Source of the DNA: an uncultured delta proteobacterium
GTDB taxonomy: Bacteria; Myxococcota_A; Polyangia; Haliangiales; Haliangiaceae
Assembly: GCA_963743525.1 (NCBI GenBank)
Contig: CAVUQH010000004.1
Span: 320,001 to 384,000, forward strand
Reading direction: 5' to 3'
Length of the DNA: 64,000 nt
Both the position numbers and the translations under genes were made by a program. The notes under the pieces were generated by a model that was given only the letters and a program-made list of their open reading frames with translations, searched no databases and was not told the DNA's origin. This document shows positions 45,324-56,469 of this stretch, piece by piece (the stretch's first letter is position 1; each line of letters begins with the position of its first letter).

Positions 45324-45812
45324 CTACGCCGCGGCGCCAGGGTCTGGCGACTGGCGAAACGACGCGATCACCAACAGCCCCGCGCCCACCGCGATGGCGA
45401 CGTCGGCGACGTTGAACACCGGCCAGCCGTGCAGGTGCACGAAGTCGACCACGTAGCCGCGCAGCGCCCGATCGAGCAGGTTGCCCAGCGCACCGGCCAC
45501 GACCAGACCGAAACCGACCTGGACCATCCCCCCGCCGCCCCGCTGCCGATACCAGGCGAAGCCGACCAGGCCCAGCACCGCCAGCGCACCGATCACCACC
45601 GCCGGCGCCTGCGCACCGCGCGGGAGCGCGCGCTCGGCGTTGAACGCCATGCCGCGGTTCTGGTGGTAGTCGAGATCGAGCCGCCCGGCGACCAGCTCGT
45701 GCGGCGGTTGCTCGGCCAGCCGCCGCTCGGCCAGCTCCTTCGATCCCTGATCGCACCCGACCACACCGATCACCAGCAGGGCCAACATCAGTCCGCTCAC
45801 GCGAGTCGTCAT
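45324..45812 (-). CDS. lspA: Lipoprotein signal peptidase II
   Basis: DQGSK, NRGMAF, GALGNLLDR, VVDF and WPVFNVAD. Confidence 0.9.
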   Translation of the reverse strand: MTTRVSGLMLALLVIGVVGCDQGSKELAERRLAEQPPHELVAGRLDLDYHQNRGMAFNAERALPRGAQAPAVVIGALAVLGLVGFAWYRQRGGGGMVQVGFGLVVAGALGNLLDRALRGYVVDFVHLHGWPVFNVADVAIAVGAGLLVIASFRQSPDPGAAA

Positions 45813-45862
45813 ACCTGCGTAACCGTAGCTCACGGCGGTCCATTCCGGGCTACCCTGGGGCC

Positions 45863-46645
45863 ATGCCGCAGATTGCCGTCCCGGCCCACCTTTATATGAG
45901 CGCGCCCGTGGTCACGATCGCCGCCACAGCGCACCTTTCCGACGCCTGGCAGCGCCTCGACGAGCGGCAGATCTCCAGCCTCGCCGTGGTGGACGCCGGG
46001 GGCCAGCCCGTGGGCGTGATCACGCGCTCCGACCTGCTGCGCGTCGGCCGACGTGAGGCCGGCGCCCGCGGCGACGTCGCCCTGCTCGAGCTGCCCGACC
46101 GCCAGGTGGCCGACACGATGACGGCCGGCATCCGTTCGGTCGGCCCCGGCGATCCGCTCGCGGCCGCGGCCGCGCTGATGAATCGCCACGACATCCACCG
46201 CGTCTTCGTCGTCAACGGTGGCAGCCTCGCCGGCGTGATCAGCACGCTGGACATCATGCGCGCGGTCCGCGACGACCGCCCGCTCACGCCGATCGTCGAG
46301 CACATGTCCAAGCCGCTGTTCACCGTGCGCGTCGACGACCCGCTGTCGGTCGCCGCCGAGCGTCTGGCCGAGGCGCGCATCACCGGGTTGGTAGTCGTGG
46401 AGAACGACTGGCCGGTGGGCGTCTTCACCCAGCTGGAAGAGGTCGCGGCCAAAGATCTGCCTCCGGACACTCGCGTCGAGGAGGCGATGAACGCCGCCTT
46501 CATCTGTCTGCCCGAGTCCACGCCACTCCACCGCGCCGCCGAGCAGGCGATCGCCATGCGCGTCCGCCGGATCATCGCGGTGCGTCACCGGGGTCCGATC
46601 GGCATCTTGACCGGCCTCGACTTCGCCCGCGCCGCCCACGATTGA
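45863..46645 (+). CDS. CBS-domain protein (four CBS repeats)
   Basis: Repeated GVITRSDL / GVISTLDI / GVFTQLE / GILTGLDF. Confidence 0.85.
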   Translation: MPQIAVPAHLYMSAPVVTIAATAHLSDAWQRLDERQISSLAVVDAGGQPVGVITRSDLLRVGRREAGARGDVALLELPDRQVADTMTAGIRSVGPGDPLAAAAALMNRHDIHRVFVVNGGSLAGVISTLDIMRAVRDDRPLTPIVEHMSKPLFTVRVDDPLSVAAERLAEARITGLVVVENDWPVGVFTQLEEVAAKDLPPDTRVEEAMNAAFICLPESTPLHRAAEQAIAMRVRRIIAVRHRGPIGILTGLDFARAAHD

Positions 46646-46682
46646 GTTGACTCTGCGGCCCCCCGGGCCGATTGTGTAGGAT

Positions 46683-48258
46683 GTGGAACAGATCCTGATC
46701 GTCGGAGCCGGTCCAACCGGTCTGGCGCTGGCCTGCACGCTTCGCCAGCACGGCGCGACCTGCCGCGTCATCGACCGCCGCGCCGTGCACATCGATCGCG
46801 CCCGCGCGGTCGACCTACAACCGCGTACGCTGGAAGCGCTTCGCGCCCTGGGGCTGTTCGACGACGTGCTCGCCCGTGGCACCCGCATCGAGGCGATGTC
46901 GTTCTACGATGGCGCCCGGCGCCTGGCCCGACTGGGCGTGGCGGCGCCGTCGGCGTCGATCCCGTTCGGTGTGGCGCTGCCACAGAACGACACCGAGGAG
47001 CTGCTGGAGACGTTGCTGCTCGGGCTCGGCGGCAAGGTCGAGCGCGGGATACGACTGGTCGAGCTTCACCGCCGTCCCGGTGGCGTCAACGTCGGCCTGC
47101 TGCATCCCGACGGCAACCTCGAGCGCGCGCAACCTACCTGGGTGGTCGGCTGCGACGGCGCGACCAGCAGCGTGCGCGACGCTGCCGGCATCGAGTTCAC
47201 CGGCCGCGGCGGGCAGCGCAGCTTCGCCACCACCGACGTGTCCCTCGACTGGAACCTGCCCGCCGCGGAGATCGCCCTGTTCCTGGGCGAGATCGGTTTC
47301 CTCCTGGTGCTGCCGCTTCCCGGCAACCGCCGTTACCGGCTGATCGCCGAGACCGCCGATCCCAGGCGTCGCCCCGACGACCTGGATTCGTTCGCCGAGC
47401 TGGCGCGCGAGCTGACCGGTGCGCCGATCGAGCTCCACGACGCGCGCTTCGTGCTGACCTACCATGTCAACCAGAGGCTGGCGCGCAACTTCCAGGCCGA
47501 CCATGTGCTGCTGGCCGGCGACGCCGCCCACACCTTCAACCCGGTCGGTGGCCACGGCATGAACCAGGGCATCCAGGACGCGACCAACCTGGGCTGGAAG
47601 CTGGCGCTGGTTGCCCGCGGCCTGTCGCCAGGCGATCTGCTGGCCACCTACGACAGCGAGCGGCGCGCCGCGGCCAGCGTGCTGATGCGCGAGATGGACT
47701 TCAGCGCCAGGCTGCGGCTGTCGCAGGCGCAGCTCGACGACGTCGATCGGGACCGGCTGCTCGACTTCGCAGTATCGGCGCCGCCGCTGCGCCGCTCGGT
47801 GCTCGACGCCGCGCTGACCTATGAGTGGACCTACAGCTCCAATACCTTCGTGCGCGAGGTGCTGAGCGGCGGCGCGATCCTGCCGTCGGGCCTGGCACCC
47901 GGGTATCGCGCGCCGGCACTCGGTCCCGATGGCGACGACCACGGCGACCCGCGCCACACCTTGCTCCTGTTCGCCGGCGACCGAGTCGAACCCGGCGCTC
48001 CTGTCCCTGGCCCGCGATCTCGACCGGGTGTGGAGCGATCTGGTGCGCGTGGCCGTGGTCGTCACCAGCGAGGAGGCGCCCACGGGCTGGGACGGACCCA
48101 CGCTGCGCGATCCGGCCCGCGACCTGCACGATCGCTTCGGCGCCCACCAACCGTGCAGCTACCTGGTTCGACCCGACGGACACATCGGCTTCCGCTCGTG
48201 CCCGGTCTCACCCGAAGCGGTGCGCGACTACGTGCGCGGACTGTTCCCCTCCGCCTGA
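46683..48258 (+). CDS. FAD-dependent monooxygenase (PheA/TfdB family), +1 frameshift at about 47990
   Basis: GAGPTG, VGCDG and LAGDAAH..PVGGHGMNQGIQDA. The C-terminal domain with YLVRPDGHIG lies in the next frame. Confidence 0.85.
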
Positions 48259-48262
48259 GCCG

Positions 48263-49543
48263 TCACTCGGCCGGCAGCTTCACCGCGCGCGGCAGGAGCA
48301 ACCACATGCGCCCGGGCCCGCCCATGCGCCCGGCGACGTCGCCGGCGGCGGCATCGTCGCCCCAGTAGACGTCGCCGCGCACCGGTCCGAGGATCGCACC
48401 GCCGGTGTCCTGCGCGATCAGCAGCTGGCGCCACGGCACGGTCCCGCGTTTGCCGGCGACCGGCGCGCGCGTGGCCACCCACACCGGGGTCAACAGCGGA
48501 ATCACCGCCCGGTCAACGGCGATCGATCGGCGCGCGGTCAGCACCACGCCTTGCGTACCGACCGCGCCCTTCGCCGATAGCTCGCGGAAGAAGACCTTGG
48601 CCGGACTGTGGTCGGCAATTTCGTCAACGCGGCCGGGGTGCGCGGCGAACCAGGCGCGGATCCCCTGCATCGTCCCCTGGCCGCGCTTCAAGAGGCCCAT
48701 GCGCCGGAGGATGCCGCCGACCCCGTGGTAGCGGAGACCGTTCTTGCCGTCGAAGCCGATCCACAGCGTCGACCCGTCCGGCAGCGTGACCCGTCCCGAG
48801 CCCTCGATCTCGGCGAAGATCTCGTCAACCGGATCGTCGACCCACAGCAGCACCGGATAGCGATCCGGGTGCTGGCGAATTTCGGTGCGGGTGGGATACG
48901 GCTCGAGCTCACCGTGCTCACCGACGCGCCCCCAGATGCGGCGGTCGCGGCCGTCGGCGATGAAGTCGCTGAGCTGCACCTCGACCAGGTCTGCCGGCCG
49001 CGCCAGCACCGGAGTCTGGTACGCGCCGCCGCGCTTGCGCGAGCCGCGCAGTGGTTGCACGTAGTAGCCGCTCAGCTTGGCCTTGGGACCATCGCTGCCG
49101 TGGGCGGCGTAGGCGTGGAACTCGGCCTCGAAGAAGGCCCGCGCCGCGGCGTCGTCGCCGGCCGGCACTTTCGCCGCCGTCGAACACGCGGCGCGCCAGT
49201 CGCGCGCAGTGCCGCCGTACGGCCCGGCGCCGACACGCTCGCCGTCACCCATCTTCGCCAGCACGGTGCACGAGGCGAGGAACGCCGGCATCGCCGCCGA
49301 CTGGCGATCCGCGGCCCAGCCCGGCAGCTGATCCCACGCCACCGGCAGCAACGTCAGTTTCTCTCCGGTCGTCGCGCTGGGTGCCGGTGGCGCACACGGC
49401 TCGGGCTCTGGCGGCAGCGGTGCGGACGTGGCCAACGGCGCCGACGAGGTGGGGATGGCAGCATCCCGCGCCGGGGCCGTCCCCGCCGGCGGATTGCGAC
49501 ATGCGGCCGCGACCAGCGCGACGAGGAGCACGAGAGCGCGCAT
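48263..49543 (-). CDS. mltA: Membrane-bound lytic murein transglycosylase A
   Basis: Lipobox VAAAC, SGYY, EIEGSG, SIAVD and AQDTGGAILGPVRGDVYWG. Confidence 0.88.
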   Translation of the reverse strand: MRALVLLVALVAAACRNPPAGTAPARDAAIPTSSAPLATSAPLPPEPEPCAPPAPSATTGEKLTLLPVAWDQLPGWAADRQSAAMPAFLASCTVLAKMGDGERVGAGPYGGTARDWRAACSTAAKVPAGDDAAARAFFEAEFHAYAAHGSDGPKAKLSGYYVQPLRGSRKRGGAYQTPVLARPADLVEVQLSDFIADGRDRRIWGRVGEHGELEPYPTRTEIRQHPDRYPVLLWVDDPVDEIFAEIEGSGRVTLPDGSTLWIGFDGKNGLRYHGVGGILRRMGLLKRGQGTMQGIRAWFAAHPGRVDEIADHSPAKVFFRELSAKGAVGTQGVVLTARRSIAVDRAVIPLLTPVWVATRAPVAGKRGTVPWRQLLIAQDTGGAILGPVRGDVYWGDDAAAGDVAGRMGGPGRMWLLLPRAVKLPAE

Positions 49544-49689
49544 CGGGCCTTCATCATACGCGCGTCCGAAGCCACGTATTCCGTGCAGTTGCCGGCGTGA
49601 CCGCCGTCCCTGCCGCATTGCGACGATGCAATGCGAGACATCCTCGCTACACTTGTGCCGTAGCCGGATCCGAGCACAGGAGGTACGTG

Positions 49690-50064
49690 ATGCTTTGTCC
49701 CCGGTGCCAGAGACCCCTGATACCGCTGTTCACCAGCCTCGCGTGTGATCACTGCGATGGACTGGACGAAGTCGAGTACGACCGTGGCTTCGTCGTCCTG
49801 CTCGAGGACGCGACCTTTCCCACCGGACCGACCTACGTGTTCCGCACGCGCACCGACGCGGCCCGTTGGCGTGCGGCGCAAGGGCTACAGCAGCTGCCGA
49901 TCCGCGAGGTGCTCAGCGAGCTACCGATGCGCTGGCGCAAGTCTACGGGCACGATCCCGGATCTCGAGCTGGCCGACCGCCCGTTCACCATCCACGAAGA
50001 TCACCGCTTCCCGCGCGAAGACCACAGCGCGTTCCTCGCTCCCGCTCATCGCAGCGCCGCCTGA
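49690..50064 (+). CDS. Hypothetical protein with N-terminal zinc ribbon
   Basis: AGGAGG RBS; CPRC...CDHC. Confidence 0.7.
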   Translation: MLCPRCQRPLIPLFTSLACDHCDGLDEVEYDRGFVVLLEDATFPTGPTYVFRTRTDAARWRAAQGLQQLPIREVLSELPMRWRKSTGTIPDLELADRPFTIHEDHRFPREDHSAFLAPAHRSAA

Positions 50065-50172
50065 GCTGGCCAGCCGTTTGCAACTCCACAGGGTGGCCCC
50101 GTCAGGACGAGCAAAACTGCGCATATCTTGCAGCCTGACGCAAAAGCCGCGAATTCGTAGCGAGGAGACACC

Positions 50173-50628
50173 ATGGAGTTGCAGAGCAAAGCGGTCTGGA
50201 AAGACGGGATGGCATTCGACACCGAGCTCGAAGGGTTTCATTTCACCGTCGATGCCGACGAGCAATTCGGCGGCCGCAACCTGGGGCCGCGCCCCAAGGG
50301 CCTCCTGCTGTCGTCGCTGATCGGCTGCACGGCCATGGACGTGATCGCGATCCTGGGCAAGATGCGCGTCACCCCCGACGCCTTCGAGGTGTCGGCCGAC
50401 GGTGTGCTCGACGACGAGCTGCCCAAGGCTTACCGCTCGGTCGTCGTGCGCTACAGCTTCCGCGGCGCCGACTTGCCGGAGAACAAGCTGCGCCGCGCGG
50501 TGCAGCTGTCCGAGGAGCGCTACTGCGGCGTGCGCGCGACGCTCGCCCCGGTCGTCAACATCAGCAGCGAGATCTGGGTCAACGGCGAGCGCCTGTCGGC
50601 CGCCGACTCCGATCGCATGGCTGGCTGA
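50173..50628 (+). CDS. OsmC family protein
   Basis: GPRPKGLLLSSLIGCTAMDV and SEERYCGV. Confidence 0.9.
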   Translation: MELQSKAVWKDGMAFDTELEGFHFTVDADEQFGGRNLGPRPKGLLLSSLIGCTAMDVIAILGKMRVTPDAFEVSADGVLDDELPKAYRSVVVRYSFRGADLPENKLRRAVQLSEERYCGVRATLAPVVNISSEIWVNGERLSAADSDRMAG

Positions 50629-50633
50629 CGACG

Positions 50634-51227
50634 TCAGCGACGCAAGGCAAATGCCAGCGTCGCCGTGCCGCCCGCGCGGACCGTGACGGTCTGCGCTGGT
50701 GCCTTCAGGTGCGAGTTCCACACCTTCACCTGATAGGTGCCGGGCGGCACTCCGGTGAGGGCGAACCCGCCGTGGGCGTCGACCACGGCCGCGTGACGGT
50801 TCTGCCCGACGAAGACGTAGCCGAGCATCTCGGGATGGAGGGCACACAGCAGCGTGAACGTGCCCGTTTTGGTGAAGGTGTGCTCGCGCGACTCGCCGAA
50901 GCCCCAGACGCCCAGGTTGAAGCCGCCTTCGGGTGAGAAGACGTTGTGCGACACGTGGTCGTGGTTCTCGAACTTCACCGTATCGCCGACCGCGATGGCG
51001 CGAACGTGCGGAACGAAGGCCATGCCCTGCTGATCGACGTTCGCGGTTCGAGGCGTGAGCTTCTCGTTGGTGTGGTCGACGTAGACGACCGTCTCGGGCA
51101 GGTACTTTGCCGGCATCGCGGTGACGCGTCCGGTGATGGTTCCGCCGTCCGCCCGCGCCGTACCCGGCGCGAGCAGCGTCACGGCCAGCAGCGGTGCGGC
51201 GAGCGCGGCAATCTGTTTGGTTCTCAT
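50634..51227 (-). CDS. Secreted cupredoxin-like copper protein
   Basis: Signal peptide; HNVFS and CALHPEM type-1 copper ligands; C-terminal VPPGTY beta module. Confidence 0.75.
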   Translation of the reverse strand: MRTKQIAALAAPLLAVTLLAPGTARADGGTITGRVTAMPAKYLPETVVYVDHTNEKLTPRTANVDQQGMAFVPHVRAIAVGDTVKFENHDHVSHNVFSPEGGFNLGVWGFGESREHTFTKTGTFTLLCALHPEMLGYVFVGQNRHAAVVDAHGGFALTGVPPGTYQVKVWNSHLKAPAQTVTVRAGGTATLAFALRR

Positions 51228-51237
51228 GATCGGCCTC

Positions 51238-52195
51238 CTAGGGTGACCGGACTACGGCCGGCTCGGCGGAGGCGCCGCTGCCCAGGTACTGGTAGGCGGC
51301 GGCAACCTCGCGGTGAGTCAGGTAAGGAAATGCGGGCATGAGCTCGCGGCGCGTCGTGCCCACGCGCCCGCCCATGCCCATGCCCATGCGCCCGCCCATG
51401 CCCATGCGCCCGCCCATCGTTGACACCGAACCGGTCTCCACCTTCTCCATCACCATCGACAACGGCTCGCTGCGCATGCTGGCCAGCGACGGCACGATGC
51501 CGTGCATCATCACCTGCATGTGTCCGCCGGGTCCGGTCGCGTCGTGGCACAGGTGACAGGTGCCCTTGACGACCAGCTCGCCGACGCGGGTTGCCGGCTC
51601 GGCGATCGGCGCCGGGGGCGTGGCCGGCGGCTGCGCGCCCGCGAGGTCGCGCAGGTACGCCAGCAAGGCGTCGATCTCGGCCGCAGTCAGGTAGGCGAAC
51701 GGCGGCATCTTCTCTCCGCCGTCCTTGAACCGCTTGCGGATCGACTGCATCGCCGACCTGGTGATCTGGTCGACCAGCTGCGCCGACGGTGCACTGCCCG
51801 TCTGCTGCTTCAGTCTCTCCGTCAGCAGCGCCGGCGAGGTGCCGCTGATCGGATCGAGCAGCGAGGGAATGACCGGCGGCGCGCCGGTGGCCCCGGGACC
51901 GTGGCAGGCGCGACAGCTGTAGCGATAGATGTCGGCGCCCGACAGCTGGAAGCGCTGGCCCGATCCACCGGGCGTCGACCTTCGTTCTTCCCCGCCACCC
52001 TGGTGGGCGAGCGGCGTCGCGTCGATGGCCAGGCCCAGATGGCCCAGCCAACTCTGCCCCAGCACCGGACTGACGGCGCCGTCGGCAGGTGGCACCTCGG
52101 CTTCGCCCGTTCGACTCGGACGAGCGCTGACACCCGGCCGCGAAACAGACCGCGAACACGAACGCGCAACAGGAAGCCAAACGGAGCATCGGCAT
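51238..52195 (-). CDS. Diheme c-type cytochrome lipoprotein, +1 frameshift at about 52110
   Basis: Lipobox FAAGC; CRACH and CHLCH, each followed by an MPxF axial-Met motif; Met/Gly-rich insert. Confidence 0.8.
51364..51417 (-). repeat. Coding short tandem repeat encoding MGGRMGMGGRMGMGMGGR
   Basis: Repeated CCCATG and CCCGCCCATG units. Confidence 0.8.
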
Positions 52196-52338
52196 GACCT
52201 CTCGAAGGTCGTTACGACACGATGCTCATGAACGAACCGTGCCAGCCCGCAATGCGCTCCGGGTGCGAAACGCGACCGAAACGTGTGCGGGCGCGCCCCA
52301 GGTGAGTCCGGGGCGCGCCCACGCATCTAGATGGAACG

Positions 52339-52587
52339 CTACTTGGCCGGCGCCGCGGTCGGGGCCTTCTTGACCGACTTGGCCTTGGCTTTGCGCGCGT
52401 GCTTCGCGTGCTTGACCTTCTTGGCACTCTTCGTCGTCTTGCTCGGGGCCTTGGCTGCATCCTTGGTGCCAGCCTTGGCTTCCTTCTTCGCCGGGGCGGC
52501 CTGACTGGTCGGACCAGCCATCGCCACCCCCGAGACACACAGAGCAGCACCCACCACCAACGCACGCACTACTTGCAATCTCGCCAT
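52339..52587 (-). CDS. Small secreted Lys/Ala/His-rich protein (Asr-like composition)
   Basis: Signal peptide ending VAMA, then APAKKEAK...KKVKHAKHARKAKAK. Confidence 0.7.
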   Translation of the reverse strand: MARLQVVRALVVGAALCVSGVAMAGPTSQAAPAKKEAKAGTKDAAKAPSKTTKSAKKVKHAKHARKAKAKSVKKAPTAAPAK

Positions 52588-52757
52588 CTTCTTACCCTTT
52601 CGCGTGTCGCCGAGCTCGATCGCGTCACTCGTCGCGGTCTACGCCGGTCGACCGGCGCGGATCCCTCCGCGGCCTTCTGAATCAGCTCAACCCACCCTGC
52701 TGAGCGGCCTATTCCTGCCCTCACGCTTCTCCCGTGATAAATCCGGACCCGGGCCCC

Positions 52758-53453
52758 ATGACCAACGACCGCGACCAACTGAAACGAGCCGCCGCCGAGG
52801 CGGCCGTCACATATCTCCAGTCAGGAATGGTCATCGGGTTGGGCGCCGGCACCACCGCGCGGTTCGCGCTGGATTTCATCGCCGCGCGGATCACCGGGGG
52901 ATCGCTCACGGGGGTCCGCGGTGTGCCCTGCTCGAGCCAGGTCGCGGCCGACGCGGCCCGCCTGGGCATCCCGCTGACCACCCTGGAAGAACACCCGGTT
53001 CTCGACCTGACCATCGACGGCGCCGACGAGATCAGCCCATCACTAGACCTGATCAAGGGCGGCGGCGGCGCCCTCCTGCACGAGAAGATCGTCGCCCAGG
53101 CCAGCCGCCGCGAGATCATCATCGCCGACGACTCGAAGCTGTCGCCCGCACTCGGCACCCACCGCTCGCTGCCGGTCGAGGTGCTGCCGTTCGGCTGGCG
53201 CGCCCAGCGCGACTATCTCGAGTCGCTCGGCGCCCGCGTCATCCTGCGCGCGGACGACGCTGGCGCCGCGTTCGCCAGCGACGAGGGCAACCGGATCCTC
53301 GACTGCGACTTCGGCCCGATCGCCGACCCGCGCGCGCTGGCAGCGGACCTCGACGGACGCGCCGGCATCGTCGAGCACGGCCTGTTCCTCGGCCTGGCCA
53401 GCGATGTGCTGGTCGCCGGACACGACGGACTCACCCACCTCACCCGCGAGTGA
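52758..53453 (+). CDS. rpiA: Ribose-5-phosphate isomerase A
   Basis: IGLGAGTT, DGADE, IKGGGGALLHEKIVA and VEHGLF. Confidence 0.95.
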   Translation: MTNDRDQLKRAAAEAAVTYLQSGMVIGLGAGTTARFALDFIAARITGGSLTGVRGVPCSSQVAADAARLGIPLTTLEEHPVLDLTIDGADEISPSLDLIKGGGGALLHEKIVAQASRREIIIADDSKLSPALGTHRSLPVEVLPFGWRAQRDYLESLGARVILRADDAGAAFASDEGNRILDCDFGPIADPRALAADLDGRAGIVEHGLFLGLASDVLVAGHDGLTHLTRE

Positions 53454-53479
53454 GGCGCCGCGGTCGTGCTCCCTGGCAC

Positions 53480-53728
53480 CTAGTCGGTCTCGCGCGCGTG
53501 TGCGCTCTCGGCCGCGGCGAGGAAGGCCGCGTCCAGCGCCTCCGCGTCGAGCACGATCTTGCCGTCGTGCACCGAGCGGACCGCTGGACTGCGGACGATG
53601 AAGTCGCCACCGCCCTCGACGTAGATGACGAGCGCCGTGGGCCGAATCTCCCGCACCGCTCCGATCGGATCAGCCCCCTCGGCGAGGAAGGCCTGATCGC
53701 CAATCGCCACCTGAACCAATCGCTTCAT
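53480..53728 (-). CDS. Hypothetical protein (82 aa)
   Basis: Compact ORF with normal codon usage, convergent with rpiA. Confidence 0.65.
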   Translation of the reverse strand: MKRLVQVAIGDQAFLAEGADPIGAVREIRPTALVIYVEGGGDFIVRSPAVRSVHDGKIVLDAEALDAAFLAAAESAHARETD

Positions 53729-53909
53729 ATGTCTGAAGCATGCCTCCTCCCGGCCAGAAATCTAGCCCCTCTGAACCGGTGTCGGGGCCATCCCTATCCG
53801 GCCCCGGTGGCACGATCGAGCGCAGCAATCGCAACCCCGTTGAATCGTGAGCCAGCATGCCGCCGACGAAACCCTCGAACGAAACCGCTGTGGCGTCTAT
53901 ACCTGATAC

Positions 53910-54269
53910 ATGCTCGCGCGCGACCTTCGCCGGCACCACCGCATCGAGTGTGACCGACCGGCGATTTTCGAAGTCACCACGCCGGCCGGTCCGGAGCGAT
54001 CACCAGCCACGGTGCGGGCGCTGTCGATCGGGGGGCTTGGCCTGGCGTTCGACGAGTGGGACACGGTTGCCGCCAAGGCCGGCGATACCGCCATCGTTCG
54101 CTTGCCCATCGACGCCGGCGCCCTGGTCTTGCCGGTTCGCGTCGCCTGGGTCAGGCACGACCCGTCGGCGCGGTTCGATCTCGGCGTCGTCATCATGGCC
54201 GACCGGATCGACCACGCGACCGCCGCTGGATACCAGGCGCTGCTGATGGACGCCGTGGACGGCGTCTGA
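53910..54269 (+). CDS. PilZ-like domain protein
   Basis: RRHHR, LSIGGLG and RVAWVR pattern. Confidence 0.6.
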   Translation: MLARDLRRHHRIECDRPAIFEVTTPAGPERSPATVRALSIGGLGLAFDEWDTVAAKAGDTAIVRLPIDAGALVLPVRVAWVRHDPSARFDLGVVIMADRIDHATAAGYQALLMDAVDGV

Positions 54270-54275
54270 CCGGCA

Positions 54276-54294
54276 GCGTTGCGATCGGCAACGC
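54276..54294. promoter_or_regulatory. Palindrome GCGTTGC-GATCG-GCAACGC (candidate EBP site)
   Basis: 7-bp arms, intergenic, upstream of the amylase gene. Confidence 0.6.
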
Positions 54295-54376
54295 GGTGGG
54301 GCCCGCAGCCTGTGACGGGATGTCTCATGAAGCGGCGTAAGCGGCCGAGATCCCGTGATCGAATCCCGTCCAGGTC

Positions 54377-54392
54377 GAGCACGATTCGTGCT
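54377..54392 (+). promoter_or_regulatory. Sigma54-like/palindromic element GAGCACGATTCGTGCT
   Basis: 54378-54392 is a palindrome and matches 1098-1112 at 13 of 15 positions; 14 nt upstream of the ATG. The canonical -24 GG is absent. Confidence 0.4.
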
Positions 54393-54406
54393 TCGATCGG
54401 TCCTTC

Positions 54407-56387
54407 ATGCAGTGCGTGCGCGTCCCGGTCCTTTCCGCACTCCTGGCGCTCCTGGCCGGCTGCCCGTCCATGGGCAGTCCGCCCCCCGGCGGCGGTGGTG
54501 ACGGCGGCGGCAACGGCCCGGACGGCGGCACCACTGTTGACCTGTGCCAGGACGTCACCTGCGACCCCGGGACCTTTTGCGATCCGGGCACCGGCGAGTG
54601 CGGCACCACCTGCACCCCCGACCGCACCGTCGGCGACTTCGACTTCTGCTTCTCGCGCTCGGACGACGGCTACCTGGTGGTGGTCGACTACACCGGCACG
54701 GGCGACATCGATCTGGCGGCCAGTGACGTCAGCGTCAACGGCGTGTCGTTCGACCCGTCGCCCGACTACGACGCCGCCGCCCACGAGTTCACCGTCACCG
54801 CCTCCGGCCTCGATCCGTCGAAATACAGCCTGCTGTTCCGGCTGAAGACCGCGGGTGGCGACACCGTTCGCCCGCTGTTCATTCCCATGTGGATCGGCAG
54901 CGGCATGCGCTACGCGGACTTCGGCTGGAAAGATTCCATCCTCTACCAGATCTTCACCGACCGCTTCCTCGACGGCGACCCCGGCAACAACATCGACAAC
55001 AGCGTCGGCGACCTGGCGCGCGTGACCGATCCGCGCAGCCAGTGGCAGGGCGGCGACTTCGCCGGCATCATCGCCAAGATCCGCGACGGCTACTTCGACA
55101 AGATGGGCATCAACACGCTGTGGATCACCTCGCCCATCCTGCAGTCGCACAACTCGCAGCCGGCCGTCGAGCTGGCCGACACCGCGCGCTACTCCAGCTA
55201 TCACGGCTACCACCCGGTCGCCACCGGCTACACCTTCGACGACGACTACGGCTACGCCAACCCGATCGAGCCCGCCTTCGGCACGCCGGAAGAGCTGCAC
55301 ACCCTGGTCGAGGAAGCCCACCGCCGGGGCATTCGCGTGGTCCCCGACTTCGTCGCCAACCACGTCCACAAGGAGGCCAGGATGTACGCCCTCCACCCGG
55401 ACTGGTTCTGGCCGTACAACGCCTGCGACATGCGCTGGGACGTGGCCCGCATCGGCTGCTGGTTCACCACCGACATGCCGGACTTCGACTACGGCAGCCA
55501 CCCCGAGGCGATCACGGCGGTGGTCGACCACGCCATCTGGCTGATCGAGGCGTACAACTTCGACGGCTTCCGCGCCGACGCCCTCAAGCACATGGACGAC
55601 AAGTTCGTGCGCGCGCTCAAGTCGGCGGTGGTCGAACAGATCGAGACCACGGTCGACGACCACTCCACCACCGACCAGGCCGAGGTCTTCTACATGGTCG
55701 GCGAGTCGCTGGGCGGCTGGGCCCGCTATCACGTGCGCGCGGACATGGTCCAGGGCCAGGTTGACGAGGAGTACTACAACCGGGTCAAGGCGTCGCTGCT
55801 CGACTTCTCCGACAGCGTGCGCAACCTGGCCGGCTTCGCCGTCTACAACGACACCGCCTACCTGACGTCACAGGCGATCAACGGCGGCAGCGGCGGCTAC
55901 CCCGGCGCGGTCATGGGCAACTTCTTTGGCAACCACGATCAGTGGCGCGCGCTGACCGTCGCCGGCGGCGACTACGCGCGGCTGCGCCTGGCGCAGACCT
56001 TCCTCATGACCTCGCCCGGCAACATCCCGATGCTCTACCAGGGCGACGACATCGGCACCCTGGGCGAGAAAGATCCCGACAACCGCAAGATGATGCACTT
56101 CACCGGCCTGACCGCCGAGGAGCAGAAGTCCCTCGACAACGTGCGCAAGGCCGGTCTCCTGCGCGAGGCCCACCCGGCCCTGCGCCGCGGCACCCGCAGC
56201 ACCGTGGTGGTCGAAGACTGGTTCTGGGTCTACCAGGTGACCTACGGCGACGACACCGTCTACGTGGCCATCAACCGCGACGACAACAAGCAGTGGTCGC
56301 CGCCCGCCGGCTACGTCGACGGCCTGGGCAACTGCTCGGGCGGCGTGGTGCCGATTCTTGTCGAGCTGCATCTTCGTCAAGCAGTAA
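54407..56387 (+). CDS. Lipoprotein alpha-amylase (GH13); probable +1 frameshift near the end (about 56355)
   Basis: Lipobox LLAGC; YHGYH, DFVANH, GFRADALKH, VGES, FGNHD and YQGDD. Corrected end PILSSCIFVKQ* at 56387 (uncorrected ORF ends at 56425). Confidence 0.88.
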
Positions 56388-56469
56388 CCCGCAGCGCCCG
56401 ACCACACGACCACCGGTCGCCCTGAGCGAAGTGCGCGCAGCGCACGCAGTCGAAGGGCGTCACGAACCG

